16,732 nt of DNA from a candidate division WOR-3 bacterium (GTDB taxonomy: Bacteria > Hydrothermota > Hydrothermia > JBDRYB01), in contig JBMFOM010000034.1 of assembly GCA_049969615.1 (NCBI GenBank), positions 1 through 16,732 on the forward strand. Reading direction: 5' to 3'. Positions 7,694-15,975 of the stretch are shown here, one piece after another. Under the pieces are notes generated by a model, which saw nothing but the letters and a program-made list of their open reading frames with translations, did not search any database and was not told the origin of the DNA. Positions within the stretch are counted from its first letter, which is position 1. Each line of letters begins with the position of its first letter. Both the position numbers and the translations under genes were made by a program.

Positions 7694-8717
7694 CTGCTAT
7701 TGCCTCCTTTACTCCGTAGAATTCTTCTTTGAGGGGTCTGGACATCAGCCCCCTCAGTGCATCCTCTGGTTTTATATTTCCTTTCATTATCATATCCACA
7801 GCGTCGGTTATAGGCGTCTCAACGCCAAGGTTTTGTGCCACTGATCTTGCTGCGGACGCGGTGTTGACTCCCTCGGCGACCTCCACCATTGAGGCCAGCG
7901 CATCGGATGGATTCTGACCTCGGCCGATGCTTTCTCCTAGGGTTCTGTTCCTTGAATCCGGAGAGAACGCGGTGACGACAAGGTCTCCCATGCCTGCCAG
8001 ACCAGCAAGGGTTTCTGGCCTCGCGCCCAGCCTTACTGCAAGACGCATGAGCTCAGCGAGTCCCCTGGTGACCAGCGCGCTCTTGGCGTTGTAGCCGAGG
8101 CCCATACCATCGGCCATGCCGCACGCCAAAGCTATGACATTCTTTAGCGCGCCACCCAACTCCGCTCCAGGAACATCCGAGACCCTGTAGACCCTAAAGG
8201 TGTCCGTTGAGAATAGTTCCTGAACATACCGGGCGTAATCCGGACTATCCGAGGCCGCCACAACCGAAGCGGGAAGACCCCTGGCAACCTCCCTCGCTAT
8301 GGAAGGGCCAGTGAGGGCCGCGTAGAGATTTCCCGGTGCCTCGTCCGCTATTATCCCGGACATGATCTTGCCCGTTCCCAGCTCAAGGCCTTTTGTGGCT
8401 GAAACTATTTTCTCCGGCAGATAGGGCAGGGCGGCCCTAATGGTGTCCCTGAATCCGTGGGATGGAACAGCCATCACGCAAACATCGGCACCTGCAAGGG
8501 TATCTTGGATATCTCCGGACAAAAATACCCCATCAGGTATCCGCACACCAGGAAGCCGCAGCTCGTCGGCCCTCTTGTCAGCAAGCATGGCAATTCTCTC
8601 CGGAAAAGCATCCCAGACAGCAACCTGGTGGCCTTTCCCAAAGAGGTGCCTGGCCAAAGTAAGGCCCCAGCTCCCTGCTCCCATTATGGCTATCTTTTCC
8701 ACGGAAGTCAAGGCCAT
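7683..8717 (-). CDS. gpsA: NAD(P)H-dependent glycerol-3-phosphate dehydrogenase
   Basis: GAGSWG Rossmann motif, AVPS, SATKGLE, LTGPS.A.EV, GGALKNVIALACG, GLAGMGDLVVT..S..SRN, AEGV. True start may be TTG 8711 (see findings). Confidence 0.96.
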   Translation of the reverse strand: MALTSVEKIAIMGAGSWGLTLARHLFGKGHQVAVWDAFPERIAMLADKRADELRLPGVRIPDGVFLSGDIQDTLAGADVCVMAVPSHGFRDTIRAALPYLPEKIVSATKGLELGTGKIMSGIIADEAPGNLYAALTGPSIAREVARGLPASVVAASDSPDYARYVQELFSTDTFRVYRVSDVPGAELGGALKNVIALACGMADGMGLGYNAKSALVTRGLAELMRLAVRLGARPETLAGLAGMGDLVVTAFSPDSRNRTLGESIGRGQNPSDALASMVEVAEGVNTASAARSVAQNLGVETPITDAVDMIMKGNIKPEDALRGLMSRPLKEEFYGVKEAIADDR

Positions 8718-8718
8718 A

Positions 8719-8748
8719 ATTTTAATGTGTTGGGCTATTGTGGCGCAA
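8719..8748 (-). promoter_or_regulatory. Putative internal promoter of gpsA
   Basis: Minus strand TTGCGC (8748-8743), 18 nt, TAAAAT (8724-8719), 7 nt, in-frame TTG 8711; no SD. Confidence 0.5.
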
Positions 8749-8757
8749 CAATGGGTC

Positions 8758-9747
8758 TCACCCGAAAAATGTCCTCGCCATGGCCCAGAGGTTCTCGTCC
8801 ACCCTGTTTATCCTACCAACAACTCGCTGAATAGGAACAGAGGCTATCTGGGTTCCCCGGAGGGAGGTCATCACGCCAAATTTCCCAGCAACAAGAAGAT
8901 CAACCGCTGTAAAACCCATCCTCGTGGCGAGGAGTCGGTCGTAGGATGTTGGAGTTCCCCCCCTGAGCACATAGTCAAGTTTCACGGTTCTGGCGGAGAT
9001 ACCGAGCCCGGATTCAATGAGGCCAGCGAGGTATGCGGTGACACTGTTCCTGTCCCTCATCCCGACATAGTGAACGCCTTCTGCGACGATTATTATTGAG
9101 AAAGATTTTCCCCTGGCCCGTCTCTCATCAACTATCTGGAGAATCTCGTCCTCTCGCAGGGGATGTTCCGGAATAACTATGACATCCGCACCTCCAGCTA
9201 TGCCAGCGTGAATGGCGATCCAGCCGGTTGCTCTTCCCATCACATCAACCACAAAGACCCGGTCGTGGGATTCAGCGGTCGTATGAAGGCGATCAAGCGC
9301 TTCAACGGCGACCGAGACAGCCGTGTCAAAACCTATAGAATAGCGGGTTCCCCAGACATCATTGTCTATGGTCTTCGGTATCGCGACAACTCTGGGCCAC
9401 CGCCTGTGAAGTTGCCATGCCCAGTGGAGGGTTCCGTCTCCACCGATTATTATTAGGCCATCAAGTCCCAGCTCGTCAAGCCGGGCAAGGACCTTGTCCA
9501 TTGTGCCGGGTTTTTCCAGGAGGTTTTTTCTGGTGGTGTGGAGTATGGTGCCACCCAGGGGAAGTATGCCAGAGACATGGCGGTAGTCCATCTCAAAAAA
9601 CTCCCCCTCAAGCAATCCCTCCCAGGCGCGCATGAAACCGATGACGGTGAGGCTATAGTCCTTTTTGGCCCTGCGGACGATAGCACGCAGGGCCGCGTTA
9701 AGGCCAGGGCAATCGCCCCCTGATGTCATCACGCCGAACTTCTTCAA
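8758..9747 (-). CDS. pfkA: 6-phosphofructokinase, PfkA group III (likely ATP-dependent)
   Basis: TSGGDCPGLNA, GGTILHT, IGGDGT, PKTIDND, MGR..GWIA, LRGG.P...DR. GGDG (not GGDD) together with PKTIDND is the group III pattern usually associated with ATP use. TTG start. Confidence 0.93.
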   Translation of the reverse strand: MKKFGVMTSGGDCPGLNAALRAIVRRAKKDYSLTVIGFMRAWEGLLEGEFFEMDYRHVSGILPLGGTILHTTRKNLLEKPGTMDKVLARLDELGLDGLIIIGGDGTLHWAWQLHRRWPRVVAIPKTIDNDVWGTRYSIGFDTAVSVAVEALDRLHTTAESHDRVFVVDVMGRATGWIAIHAGIAGGADVIVIPEHPLREDEILQIVDERRARGKSFSIIIVAEGVHYVGMRDRNSVTAYLAGLIESGLGISARTVKLDYVLRGGTPTSYDRLLATRMGFTAVDLLVAGKFGVMTSLRGTQIASVPIQRVVGRINRVDENLWAMARTFFG

Positions 9748-9754
9748 GGTTTTT

Positions 9755-9784
9755 ATTATGCCGGATCGCAGGACACGGGATCAA
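9755..9784 (-). promoter_or_regulatory. Putative leaderless promoter of pfkA
   Basis: Minus strand TTGATC (9784-9779), 18 nt, CATAAT (9760-9755), 7 nt, TTG start 9747; no SD. Confidence 0.6.
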
Positions 9785-9937
9785 GGTTGAAAAAAGCGGG
9801 TGCCCCTTTCCTCAAATGGTCTTATAGCCCAGATTTTAAAGTAGTAATAACCTACTGGTTTGAGCCAGGAGCACTTTGTCCAAGAGAGCAGGTTTCTAAG
9901 AGGGACCCCCCGAAAAATCCCGCCACGATCTTTTAGC

Positions 9938-9967
9938 TTGTAATACACCGAGATGTGGCCTTAAGCT
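9938..9967 (+). promoter_or_regulatory. Putative promoter of the beta-propeller lipoprotein
   Basis: TTGTAA (9938-9943), 18 nt, TAAGCT (9962-9967), 10 nt, ATG 9978; no SD. Confidence 0.5.
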
Positions 9968-9977
9968 TTTATGGCCT

Positions 9978-10736
9978 ATGAAAAATATCCTTTTACCCAT
10001 AGCAGTGATGGCCTTAGCAACGGCTTGCACTCCCAAAGTCGTGTCCATTCCAGAGGCGGGAATCAGGCCCGAGCTGGTCATAAAGATAGAGGATGAGGTC
10101 TTTTTTCACAATGTCGGGATAACCTTTGACGGCAGATATTACTACACCGTCAACGGCGGAAACGAGGGATACGGAAAGATCAACCAGTATGATACAAATG
10201 GCAAGCTGGTGGCCTCAGCAGATATAGAAGCGGATGGCCGGGCCATCTTCTACAACCCCGCGGACGGTAAGATATACATAAAGACCTACATGCGGGACCT
10301 CCTCGTTTATAACCCGAAACTCAGGGAGGCCAGTATTGTGGCCGAGGGAGTATTCCAGGATAACCAGAGCTCGCCCGCGCTGGACCCTTCTGGCAAGAGG
10401 ATATACGAGCTGGTTGATGGAACACTCTATGTAATGGAATTCCCTTCCATGAAGGAAATAGAGACTATAAATGGTATACCCTGCGGAGATTTTCCCTACA
10501 GCGTGACCATTGCGGTGAGCAAGGACTATCTCTTTACCTGGGACGAGGATGGGAGGGTCTATGTCCTGGACAAGAAGGGAAAAGAGCTCGCCAATTTCAA
10601 GCTAAAGAGCACCTTCCACGGCATGAGCCTCTCCTGGGCAAACGGCATGATCTGGGGCGCGGAGGATGCAGACGCTTCCAGCTATGGCGGGGTTGGAACC
10701 TGGTTCGGATATACCCTTGGACCTGCGATAAAATAA
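9978..10736 (+). CDS. Lipoprotein with probable beta-propeller fold, function unknown
   Basis: MKNILLPIAVMALATA-C17 lipoprotein signal. Roughly 40-aa blade-like repeats (GITFDGRYYYT, AIFYNPADGKIYI, ALDPSGKRIYEL, IAVSKDYLFTW, LSWANGMIWG). Confidence 0.75.
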   Translation: MKNILLPIAVMALATACTPKVVSIPEAGIRPELVIKIEDEVFFHNVGITFDGRYYYTVNGGNEGYGKINQYDTNGKLVASADIEADGRAIFYNPADGKIYIKTYMRDLLVYNPKLREASIVAEGVFQDNQSSPALDPSGKRIYELVDGTLYVMEFPSMKEIETINGIPCGDFPYSVTIAVSKDYLFTWDEDGRVYVLDKKGKELANFKLKSTFHGMSLSWANGMIWGAEDADASSYGGVGTWFGYTLGPAIK

Positions 10737-10792
10737 AGGGGCCTTATCGCACTGCGGCTTTGGCTTCAAGTGAATTATTGAGGCGAGTTCGC

Positions 10793-11872
10793 TCACCTGC
10801 AGACAGCCGTTAATCTCAGGGTTAGTACCAAGACCGCCCTCTGGGCCGTTGTCCGGACATCGCTTATAGCTTTCTCGTCTAGATATTCCTCTGACGCTAC
10901 CATTTCCTTGGTCGCGCCCGCCGCACCGCCCTCCTTCCAGCCAGCGTAGACCCTGGCTGACCATACCAAAGGACTTTTCGGTTTGTAATATAGGGCCTTG
11001 TCCAACAGTGTCCATGCCAGCCGAAACTTGTTCAGGTCAGCGGCTTTTTTTCCCGCATAAAGATAAGCCTTCCAGGATACCGCGAACTCCGCCCACTTCA
11101 TGAAACAATACATTGCCTCTTCGTCCTTCCTCATCCTGTCAAGCAGTAGTCCCTTGTTGAACCATATGTCCGGGTCCTCCGGCGAAAGCGCGAGGGCCCT
11201 GTCGTATGATCTAATCGCCTTGTCCCACTCGCCCTTGAACCTGTAGGCAACGCCCAGATCATTCCAGACCTTTGCCCTTGCCTCCATTATGTGCAGTGAG
11301 GCGTTGTAGGCCACTATCGCGTCGTCATATGCCCCTATGTGATAATAGGCGAGGCCAAGGTTATGCCAAAACCTCTGGTCGTTCGGGTCAAGGCTTATGG
11401 CCTTTTTGAAATAGGGGATGGCCTTTTCGTATTTGCCCTCGTTGTAATAAACAACGCCTATATTGTTCCAAGCCTTCGCATCCTCTGGATTCAGGGACAA
11501 GGCCTTTTCAAACGCGGCCAAAGCCTTGTCTGTTTCCTTTGTCCTTCCGTACCAGTAGCCCATTTTCATCCAGTAGTATGGGTCTGATTGCGTTCTATTT
11601 TCCTGGGCCACGATGCCTCTAAAATAAGACAGGACAGCGCTATCTGTGTCCCCGATGGTGAGATAAGCCCCCGACATGCCGAACCAGGCATTAGGAGCGT
11701 CCACGACCCGGATTATCTCCCTGTAGGTCTCTATTGCCCCGCGCGGGTCTCCTTCCTGGAGCTTGCGCTCGGCCGAATACAGGTAAAGCTCCAGGGGTTG
11801 AGAAAGCCCTTTTTCTGGCGTACAGTCCGTCAAAAGGATACCGAGGATCGCGAAGGCTAGCCCCTTCTTCAC
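10793..11872 (-). CDS. Tetratricopeptide repeat protein, probably exported
   Basis: Multiple 34-aa TPRs (AWNNIGVVYYNEGKYEKAIPYFKKAISLDP, FWHNLGLAYY, VWNDLGVAY..YDRALALSP, IWFNKG). N-terminus MKKGLAFAILGILLTDC is a signal peptide with an atypical lipobox. Confidence 0.88.
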   Translation of the reverse strand: MKKGLAFAILGILLTDCTPEKGLSQPLELYLYSAERKLQEGDPRGAIETYREIIRVVDAPNAWFGMSGAYLTIGDTDSAVLSYFRGIVAQENRTQSDPYYWMKMGYWYGRTKETDKALAAFEKALSLNPEDAKAWNNIGVVYYNEGKYEKAIPYFKKAISLDPNDQRFWHNLGLAYYHIGAYDDAIVAYNASLHIMEARAKVWNDLGVAYRFKGEWDKAIRSYDRALALSPEDPDIWFNKGLLLDRMRKDEEAMYCFMKWAEFAVSWKAYLYAGKKAADLNKFRLAWTLLDKALYYKPKSPLVWSARVYAGWKEGGAAGATKEMVASEEYLDEKAISDVRTTAQRAVLVLTLRLTAVCR

Positions 11873-11878
11873 TCACAT

Positions 11879-11908
11879 ATTATCACGCAGGGAAACGATC
11901 CTAGCCAA
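11879..11908 (-). promoter_or_regulatory. Putative leaderless promoter of the TPR gene
   Basis: Minus strand TTGGCT (11908-11903), 18 nt, GATAAT (11884-11879), 6 nt, GTG 11872. A second candidate TTGATC-17-TAGGAT lies at 11926-11898. Confidence 0.45.
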
Positions 11909-12012
11909 GAGGCGCCATGGGATCAAGGACAAACCGGAATGTTCTAAGGGTTTCCTGACACCAAAATCCTCATTTTAAAGGATTATAACATGGCGCTCAA
12001 CTTGAGTTCCAA

Positions 12013-13146
12013 TCATCTCCCCAGCTCCCTAACGCCTGCGATCGCGTAGACCTCGCAACCCATACCCTCGCCCGCGAAACCCAGCCTGTTTCCTGATTTG
12101 GCCTTGACGGAAACGAGCTCTGGGCTGATTCCAAGCGCTCTAGCAAGATTATCCCTTATCCTCGCAATGTATGGCCCCAGCTTTGGTTCCACGATTATCA
12201 CCGTCGCGTCCATGAATTCCGGGAGAAAGCTTTTTTGCTCCAGCATTGCCACGGTCTCCTTCAGCAAGGAGAGGCTGTTGGCATTCCTATATTTAGGAGA
12301 GGTGTCCGGGAAGTGAGTCCCTATATCACCGAGGCCGGCCGCGCCCAAAAGCGCGTCAATCACCGCGTGACAGAGCGCATCACCATCCGAGTGGCCGGAA
12401 AGGCCTCTCTCGGACCGGATCTCACTTCCTCCCAGAATCAGGGGCCTCCCCCTTCTGAACGGGTGCGCGTCCCAACCAAAACCCGTCCTCCTCCTTCCCA
12501 AGAGCCTGTCCGCTATGGCCAGGTCTTCCCGAATAGTTATCTTGATGTTGGATTCATCTCCTGGAACCAGGAGGCTTTGAATACCAAGGGCATCTTCAAG
12601 GATGGTCGTGTCGTCAGTGGCGGGCCCCGTTGTCTTTTTGTATGCCTCCGCGATAATCTCTCGTTTGAAACCCTGTGGGGTCTGAACCCTAAAAAGCCCC
12701 TCCCGGTCAGGGCCTCTTGTCATCAGTTCGCCTTTGGACCTCTTCAGGGTATCCCTAACCGGCACAGCTGGCGCCACAGCGGGGTGGCGGATGAGGGCAT
12801 TCATCACCCTGCTAACCAACTCTTTTGAGACCAGGGGCCTTGCGGCGTCATGGATTAGAACATATTCCCCCATAGCTGATGAGATGCCGTTTCTCGCCGA
12901 ATCAGTCCTTTCAGGTCCGCCCGTGACTACCGAGCTTATTTTCGTGAAGATGCCCTTTAGGCCTCCAGAGCTCCCAATTTCACCCTTCGGGAGGACCAGG
13001 ATTATTTCGCCAACTTCCGGATGCGCCTGGAAGACCCTGAGGGACCAATGAAACAATGGCCTTCCTGCCAGAAGGGCGGTGTGTTTTGGCCCGCCGAACC
13101 TCTTTCCTGCACCGCCGGCCAGCACAATGGCTGAGAACCTCACCAA
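12013..13146 (-). CDS. ispDF: Bifunctional IspD/IspF (MEP cytidylyltransferase / MEcPP synthase)
   Basis: IspD: LAGGAGKRFGGPK, VLIHDAARP, VQTPQGF, ATDD, NIKIT. IspF: GFGWDAH, GHSDGDALCHAVIDALLGA, GDIGTHFP. Start is TTG 13146 or GTG 13143, overlapping the cdaR stop. Confidence 0.95.
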   Translation of the reverse strand: MVRFSAIVLAGGAGKRFGGPKHTALLAGRPLFHWSLRVFQAHPEVGEIILVLPKGEIGSSGGLKGIFTKISSVVTGGPERTDSARNGISSAMGEYVLIHDAARPLVSKELVSRVMNALIRHPAVAPAVPVRDTLKRSKGELMTRGPDREGLFRVQTPQGFKREIIAEAYKKTTGPATDDTTILEDALGIQSLLVPGDESNIKITIREDLAIADRLLGRRRTGFGWDAHPFRRGRPLILGGSEIRSERGLSGHSDGDALCHAVIDALLGAAGLGDIGTHFPDTSPKYRNANSLSLLKETVAMLEQKSFLPEFMDATVIIVEPKLGPYIARIRDNLARALGISPELVSVKAKSGNRLGFAGEGMGCEVYAIAGVRELGR

Positions 13147-14012
13147 AGCTTCACCTCCACCTTATCGGGTTCCATCCTGACCAGCCTGAGTTCCTTTGGG
13201 AGTCGTATTTCCGGAATCAGGTAGTATGTTCCGGCTCTGAGCGTGTCGGTTTTGATCTTTCCTACCGTTCCAGAGAATGTTCTTATCAGGCTGGCAGGAC
13301 CTTCAATTGTTATCTTGACCGAATCCGGCGAGAACCTGGCCCGTTTTCCCTCAAGTATTACTGGCACCGTAGTTGTCTTTTCGGATAATGGTTCTATTGC
13401 GACTTCAACCTCTACCTCCTGGGGAAACAACCTCGCGGTTGGAAAGGGCGGTATGAGCTTTGTGCTTGCCCTGAAGCCTGAGCTTTTGCCCTGTATGTTG
13501 ACGGGTTCGGTATAGATTTCCCTGGTTTGTACCAGCAGGGTCCCCGGCCCCTCAACCACCGGAGAACCCATTGCCCTGATTCCCGCGACCACATATCCGT
13601 TTTCTGGCTCACCCTTGATCTGCGGCACGACAGAAGGCTTCTTCCTCGCCAGGGTATCAAGAAAGAACTCCAGCTCTGGCGGTCTGAATTCCTTTATGCC
13701 CAGGTTGAGGCCTCGGGAGTCAAGGTTTGACGGGCCTATTGTTATCGTGTTCTTGCCCAGCCTCACCCTGCTCAGATCAACCACAATCCTGGGTCTCACG
13801 AACATGAGCCCCAGCAAGCTACCGCCCCTTACTGTCAGATCTACCACCACTTCGGTGTCTGGAGGCTCCACGAAAGACAGCTCCCGGGAAAGCCCCTTGT
13901 ATTCCACCGGTATGGTTATCCGGATATCGTATGTGCGCTGTGTTTTGGCATAGAACCATAGAGATATAGCCAGAAACAGCGCCAGGAATCTCATTCCCCA
14001 TCCCCTACGCAT
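13140..14012 (-). CDS. cdaR: CdaR/YbbR-like regulator of diadenylate cyclase
   Basis: N-terminal TM RFLALFLAISLWFY followed by ~3 YbbR-type beta repeats (P..V.V..RG, V..VP.IKGEP..GY, F.PDSVKITIEGP). Directly downstream of, and overlapping, cdaA. Confidence 0.88.
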   Translation of the reverse strand: MRRGWGMRFLALFLAISLWFYAKTQRTYDIRITIPVEYKGLSRELSFVEPPDTEVVVDLTVRGGSLLGLMFVRPRIVVDLSRVRLGKNTITIGPSNLDSRGLNLGIKEFRPPELEFFLDTLARKKPSVVPQIKGEPENGYVVAGIRAMGSPVVEGPGTLLVQTREIYTEPVNIQGKSSGFRASTKLIPPFPTARLFPQEVEVEVAIEPLSEKTTTVPVILEGKRARFSPDSVKITIEGPASLIRTFSGTVGKIKTDTLRAGTYYLIPEIRLPKELRLVRMEPDKVEVKLW

Positions 14013-14763
14013 TTCCGCCCATCTCCCTGTTCAGGAAGCTGGCGAGACCTTCCCTGGAAAGGGGCGCTGTGAGCCTTCCGCCAACAGCACCCCTTATGTT
14101 CCTGTTTTCCTCGGATACCACTATTGCCACAGCATCCGAAACCTCGGTTATTCCGACCGCCGCGCGATGCCTCGTCCCATAGAGCTCGGGCGGAAGGTTC
14201 CTTGAAACCGGGAGAATGGCCTTTGTGGCGATGATCCTATCTTCCCTGATTATCACCGCGCCGTCATGCAGGGGCGAATCCGGCAGTAGTAGGGATATTA
14301 TGAGCGGAACGGAAAAACCGGTGTTCACGGAGACAGCCTCTTCCGTGAACTCCCTGAGACCCATCCTCCTCTCAATCACGATTATGGCTCCCAGGCCGCG
14401 CTCCCGAAGTTCGCATGAGGCCTCAACTATTCTATCAACCGGGACGCTCTCCTTAACAAAGCCTCTAAAAAAAGGCCTCTGGCCAACCAGTCCAAGCGCG
14501 CGCCTTATCTCCGGCTGGAATATTATGACCAGGGCCACCAGGGCGATTGTCTTCACCGCGTCTATTATCCAACTGAGGCCTGGGAAATCCAATATTTGCG
14601 CTATAACCCCAACCGCTATGACAACCAAGACGCCCGCGAATATGTATGGCGCCCTTGTTCCACGAAACAACTTGAGAAACTGGTAGATAAGCAGTGCAAC
14701 CAGGATTATGTCCAGCGCGTCAATCACGCCAAATCCGAAATATCGGATCAGGGCGATATTCAA
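14005..14763 (-). CDS. cdaA: Membrane-bound diadenylate cyclase CdaA/DacA
   Basis: Three N-terminal TM helices, IIFQPEIRRAL, catalytic PLHDGA and GTRHRAA, VVSEE. TTG start with SD GGAGG, overlapping the folP stop. Confidence 0.95.
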   Translation of the reverse strand: MNIALIRYFGFGVIDALDIILVALLIYQFLKLFRGTRAPYIFAGVLVVIAVGVIAQILDFPGLSWIIDAVKTIALVALVIIFQPEIRRALGLVGQRPFFRGFVKESVPVDRIVEASCELRERGLGAIIVIERRMGLREFTEEAVSVNTGFSVPLIISLLLPDSPLHDGAVIIREDRIIATKAILPVSRNLPPELYGTRHRAAVGITEVSDAVAIVVSEENRNIRGAVGGRLTAPLSREGLASFLNREMGGNA

Positions 14764-15965
14764 GTCAGGTATTCCTCCGGTTTCCCTATTGCCTCTGCCA
14801 TCCTTATGGCCTCAATGGTTTCCCTTACATCGTGAGTCCTGATGACATCCACGCCCAGCCGTGCGGCCACTACCGCAACGCCAAGAGAGCCGGCCAGTCT
14901 GTTTTCAGGGTCATCAATACCCAAAACCTTTCCTATGAAGCTCTTTCTTGAGTGACCTATAACCAAAGGCCTTCCCAGCGCTCTGAATTCGGGTATCTTC
15001 TTTATTATGAGTAGGTTATCATAGACCCTCTTGCCGAAACCTATTCCGGGGTCAAGGGCAATATGGTCCAGTTCTATTCCCGTTTGCTGAGCCAGGGCGA
15101 GACGCCCTAGGAAATAATCGCTTATCTCGCGTATCGTGTCCTCGTATTTGGGGTTTCTCTGCATGTCCCGCGGAGTCCCCTTCATGTGCATTATTATCAA
15201 CCCAGCGCCAGTCCCGGCAACAACCTCAGGCATTCCATCGTCAAAACCGAGTCCAGATATGTCGTTAACCATGTTCGCGCCGGCAGATATTGCCTCTTTA
15301 GCCACCCTTGCCTTGTATGTGTCCACGGATATGACTATGTCCTTTGGGAGATTTTTTCTTAGACCCTCAATTGTCGGGATCACCCTCTTGAGCTCCTCAT
15401 GCTCTGGGACCGGCTCCGCGCCCGGCCTGGTGGATTCTCCTCCCACATCAATAATGTCCGCCCCTTGCTCGGCCATCATTATACCTCGCTCTACGGCCTC
15501 AGATGGGCTTTCGTACCTTCCGCCGCCGTAGAAGGAATCAGGGGTGACATTAACCGCGCCCATAACCAAGGTCCTTCCCATGGACATATTTCTATCCATT
15601 ACCTTCCAAACAGGCTGTTTGGGTTCCATTGCAAGCAAGAGAGCCTCTGATAGTTTTCCCAGGCCATAGACCTGACCCCGGAGCTTTTCTGCCAGCAGGA
15701 TTAGCCTTCTCTCGTCTCCCCAGACCAAGGCGTCGGTTGCCCTAACAGAGCAGTTTATTACCCCTATGGAAACAGCAGCCTCCGCGCCATATGAGAGAGC
15801 CTCCTGCTTGAGGATGTTGGCGGCCGGAGCCTTCAGATCCCTTATGTAGAAGAACCTGTAGCGAGCCTTAGGCGCCATAACCCTCATGCCGTCTGGATCA
15901 ACGCCTATGCGAGCGAAGAGTTCAAGAATCTCCCTTTCATCGGGAAAAACCTCCCTAACTTCCAT
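14760..15965 (-). CDS. folP: Dihydropteroate synthase with ~125-aa N-terminal extension
   Basis: MGAVNVTPDSF, DVGGESTRPGA, SVDT, NDISG, MHM, DPGIGFGK, SRKSFIG, RTHDV. Extra N-domain contains AANILKQEALSYGAEAAV. Confidence 0.95.
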   Translation of the reverse strand: MEVREVFPDEREILELFARIGVDPDGMRVMAPKARYRFFYIRDLKAPAANILKQEALSYGAEAAVSIGVINCSVRATDALVWGDERRLILLAEKLRGQVYGLGKLSEALLLAMEPKQPVWKVMDRNMSMGRTLVMGAVNVTPDSFYGGGRYESPSEAVERGIMMAEQGADIIDVGGESTRPGAEPVPEHEELKRVIPTIEGLRKNLPKDIVISVDTYKARVAKEAISAGANMVNDISGLGFDDGMPEVVAGTGAGLIIMHMKGTPRDMQRNPKYEDTIREISDYFLGRLALAQQTGIELDHIALDPGIGFGKRVYDNLLIIKKIPEFRALGRPLVIGHSRKSFIGKVLGIDDPENRLAGSLGVAVVAARLGVDVIRTHDVRETIEAIRMAEAIGKPEEYLT

Positions 15966-15975
15966 GAGGCCTTAA

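Noticed and set aside
6897-7844. 315-aa Ser-rich + strand ORF
   Set aside because: Antisense shadow of the E/K/A-rich divIVA-like coiled coil.
8440-9099. 219-aa + strand ORF, and similar antisense ORFs such as 12235-12828, 14216-14686 and 15136-15531
   Set aside because: They lie opposite well-supported housekeeping genes, show no motifs, and are expected in GC-rich DNA.
9855-9864. 10-mer CTGGTTTGAG also present at 16711-16720
   Set aside because: Too short, with no flanking similarity; plausible by chance.
9875-9930. Resemblance of TTGTCCAAGAGAGCAG..GAGGGAC to the 5' part of a SAM-I riboswitch
   Set aside because: GCAACC, AAGGTGC and the closing P1 strand are missing, and the downstream gene is unrelated to sulfur metabolism.
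9978-10736. Glutaminyl cyclase as the identity of the propeller lipoprotein
   Set aside because: Lacks the FTQGL, FGEG, NELE and LNGIA motifs of bacterial/plant QCs.
11912-11996. Inverted repeat GCGCCATG/CATGGCGC and small AATCCT/AGGATT hairpin
   Set aside because: Short arms far apart, no U-tract or target-site duplication; insufficient to call an element.
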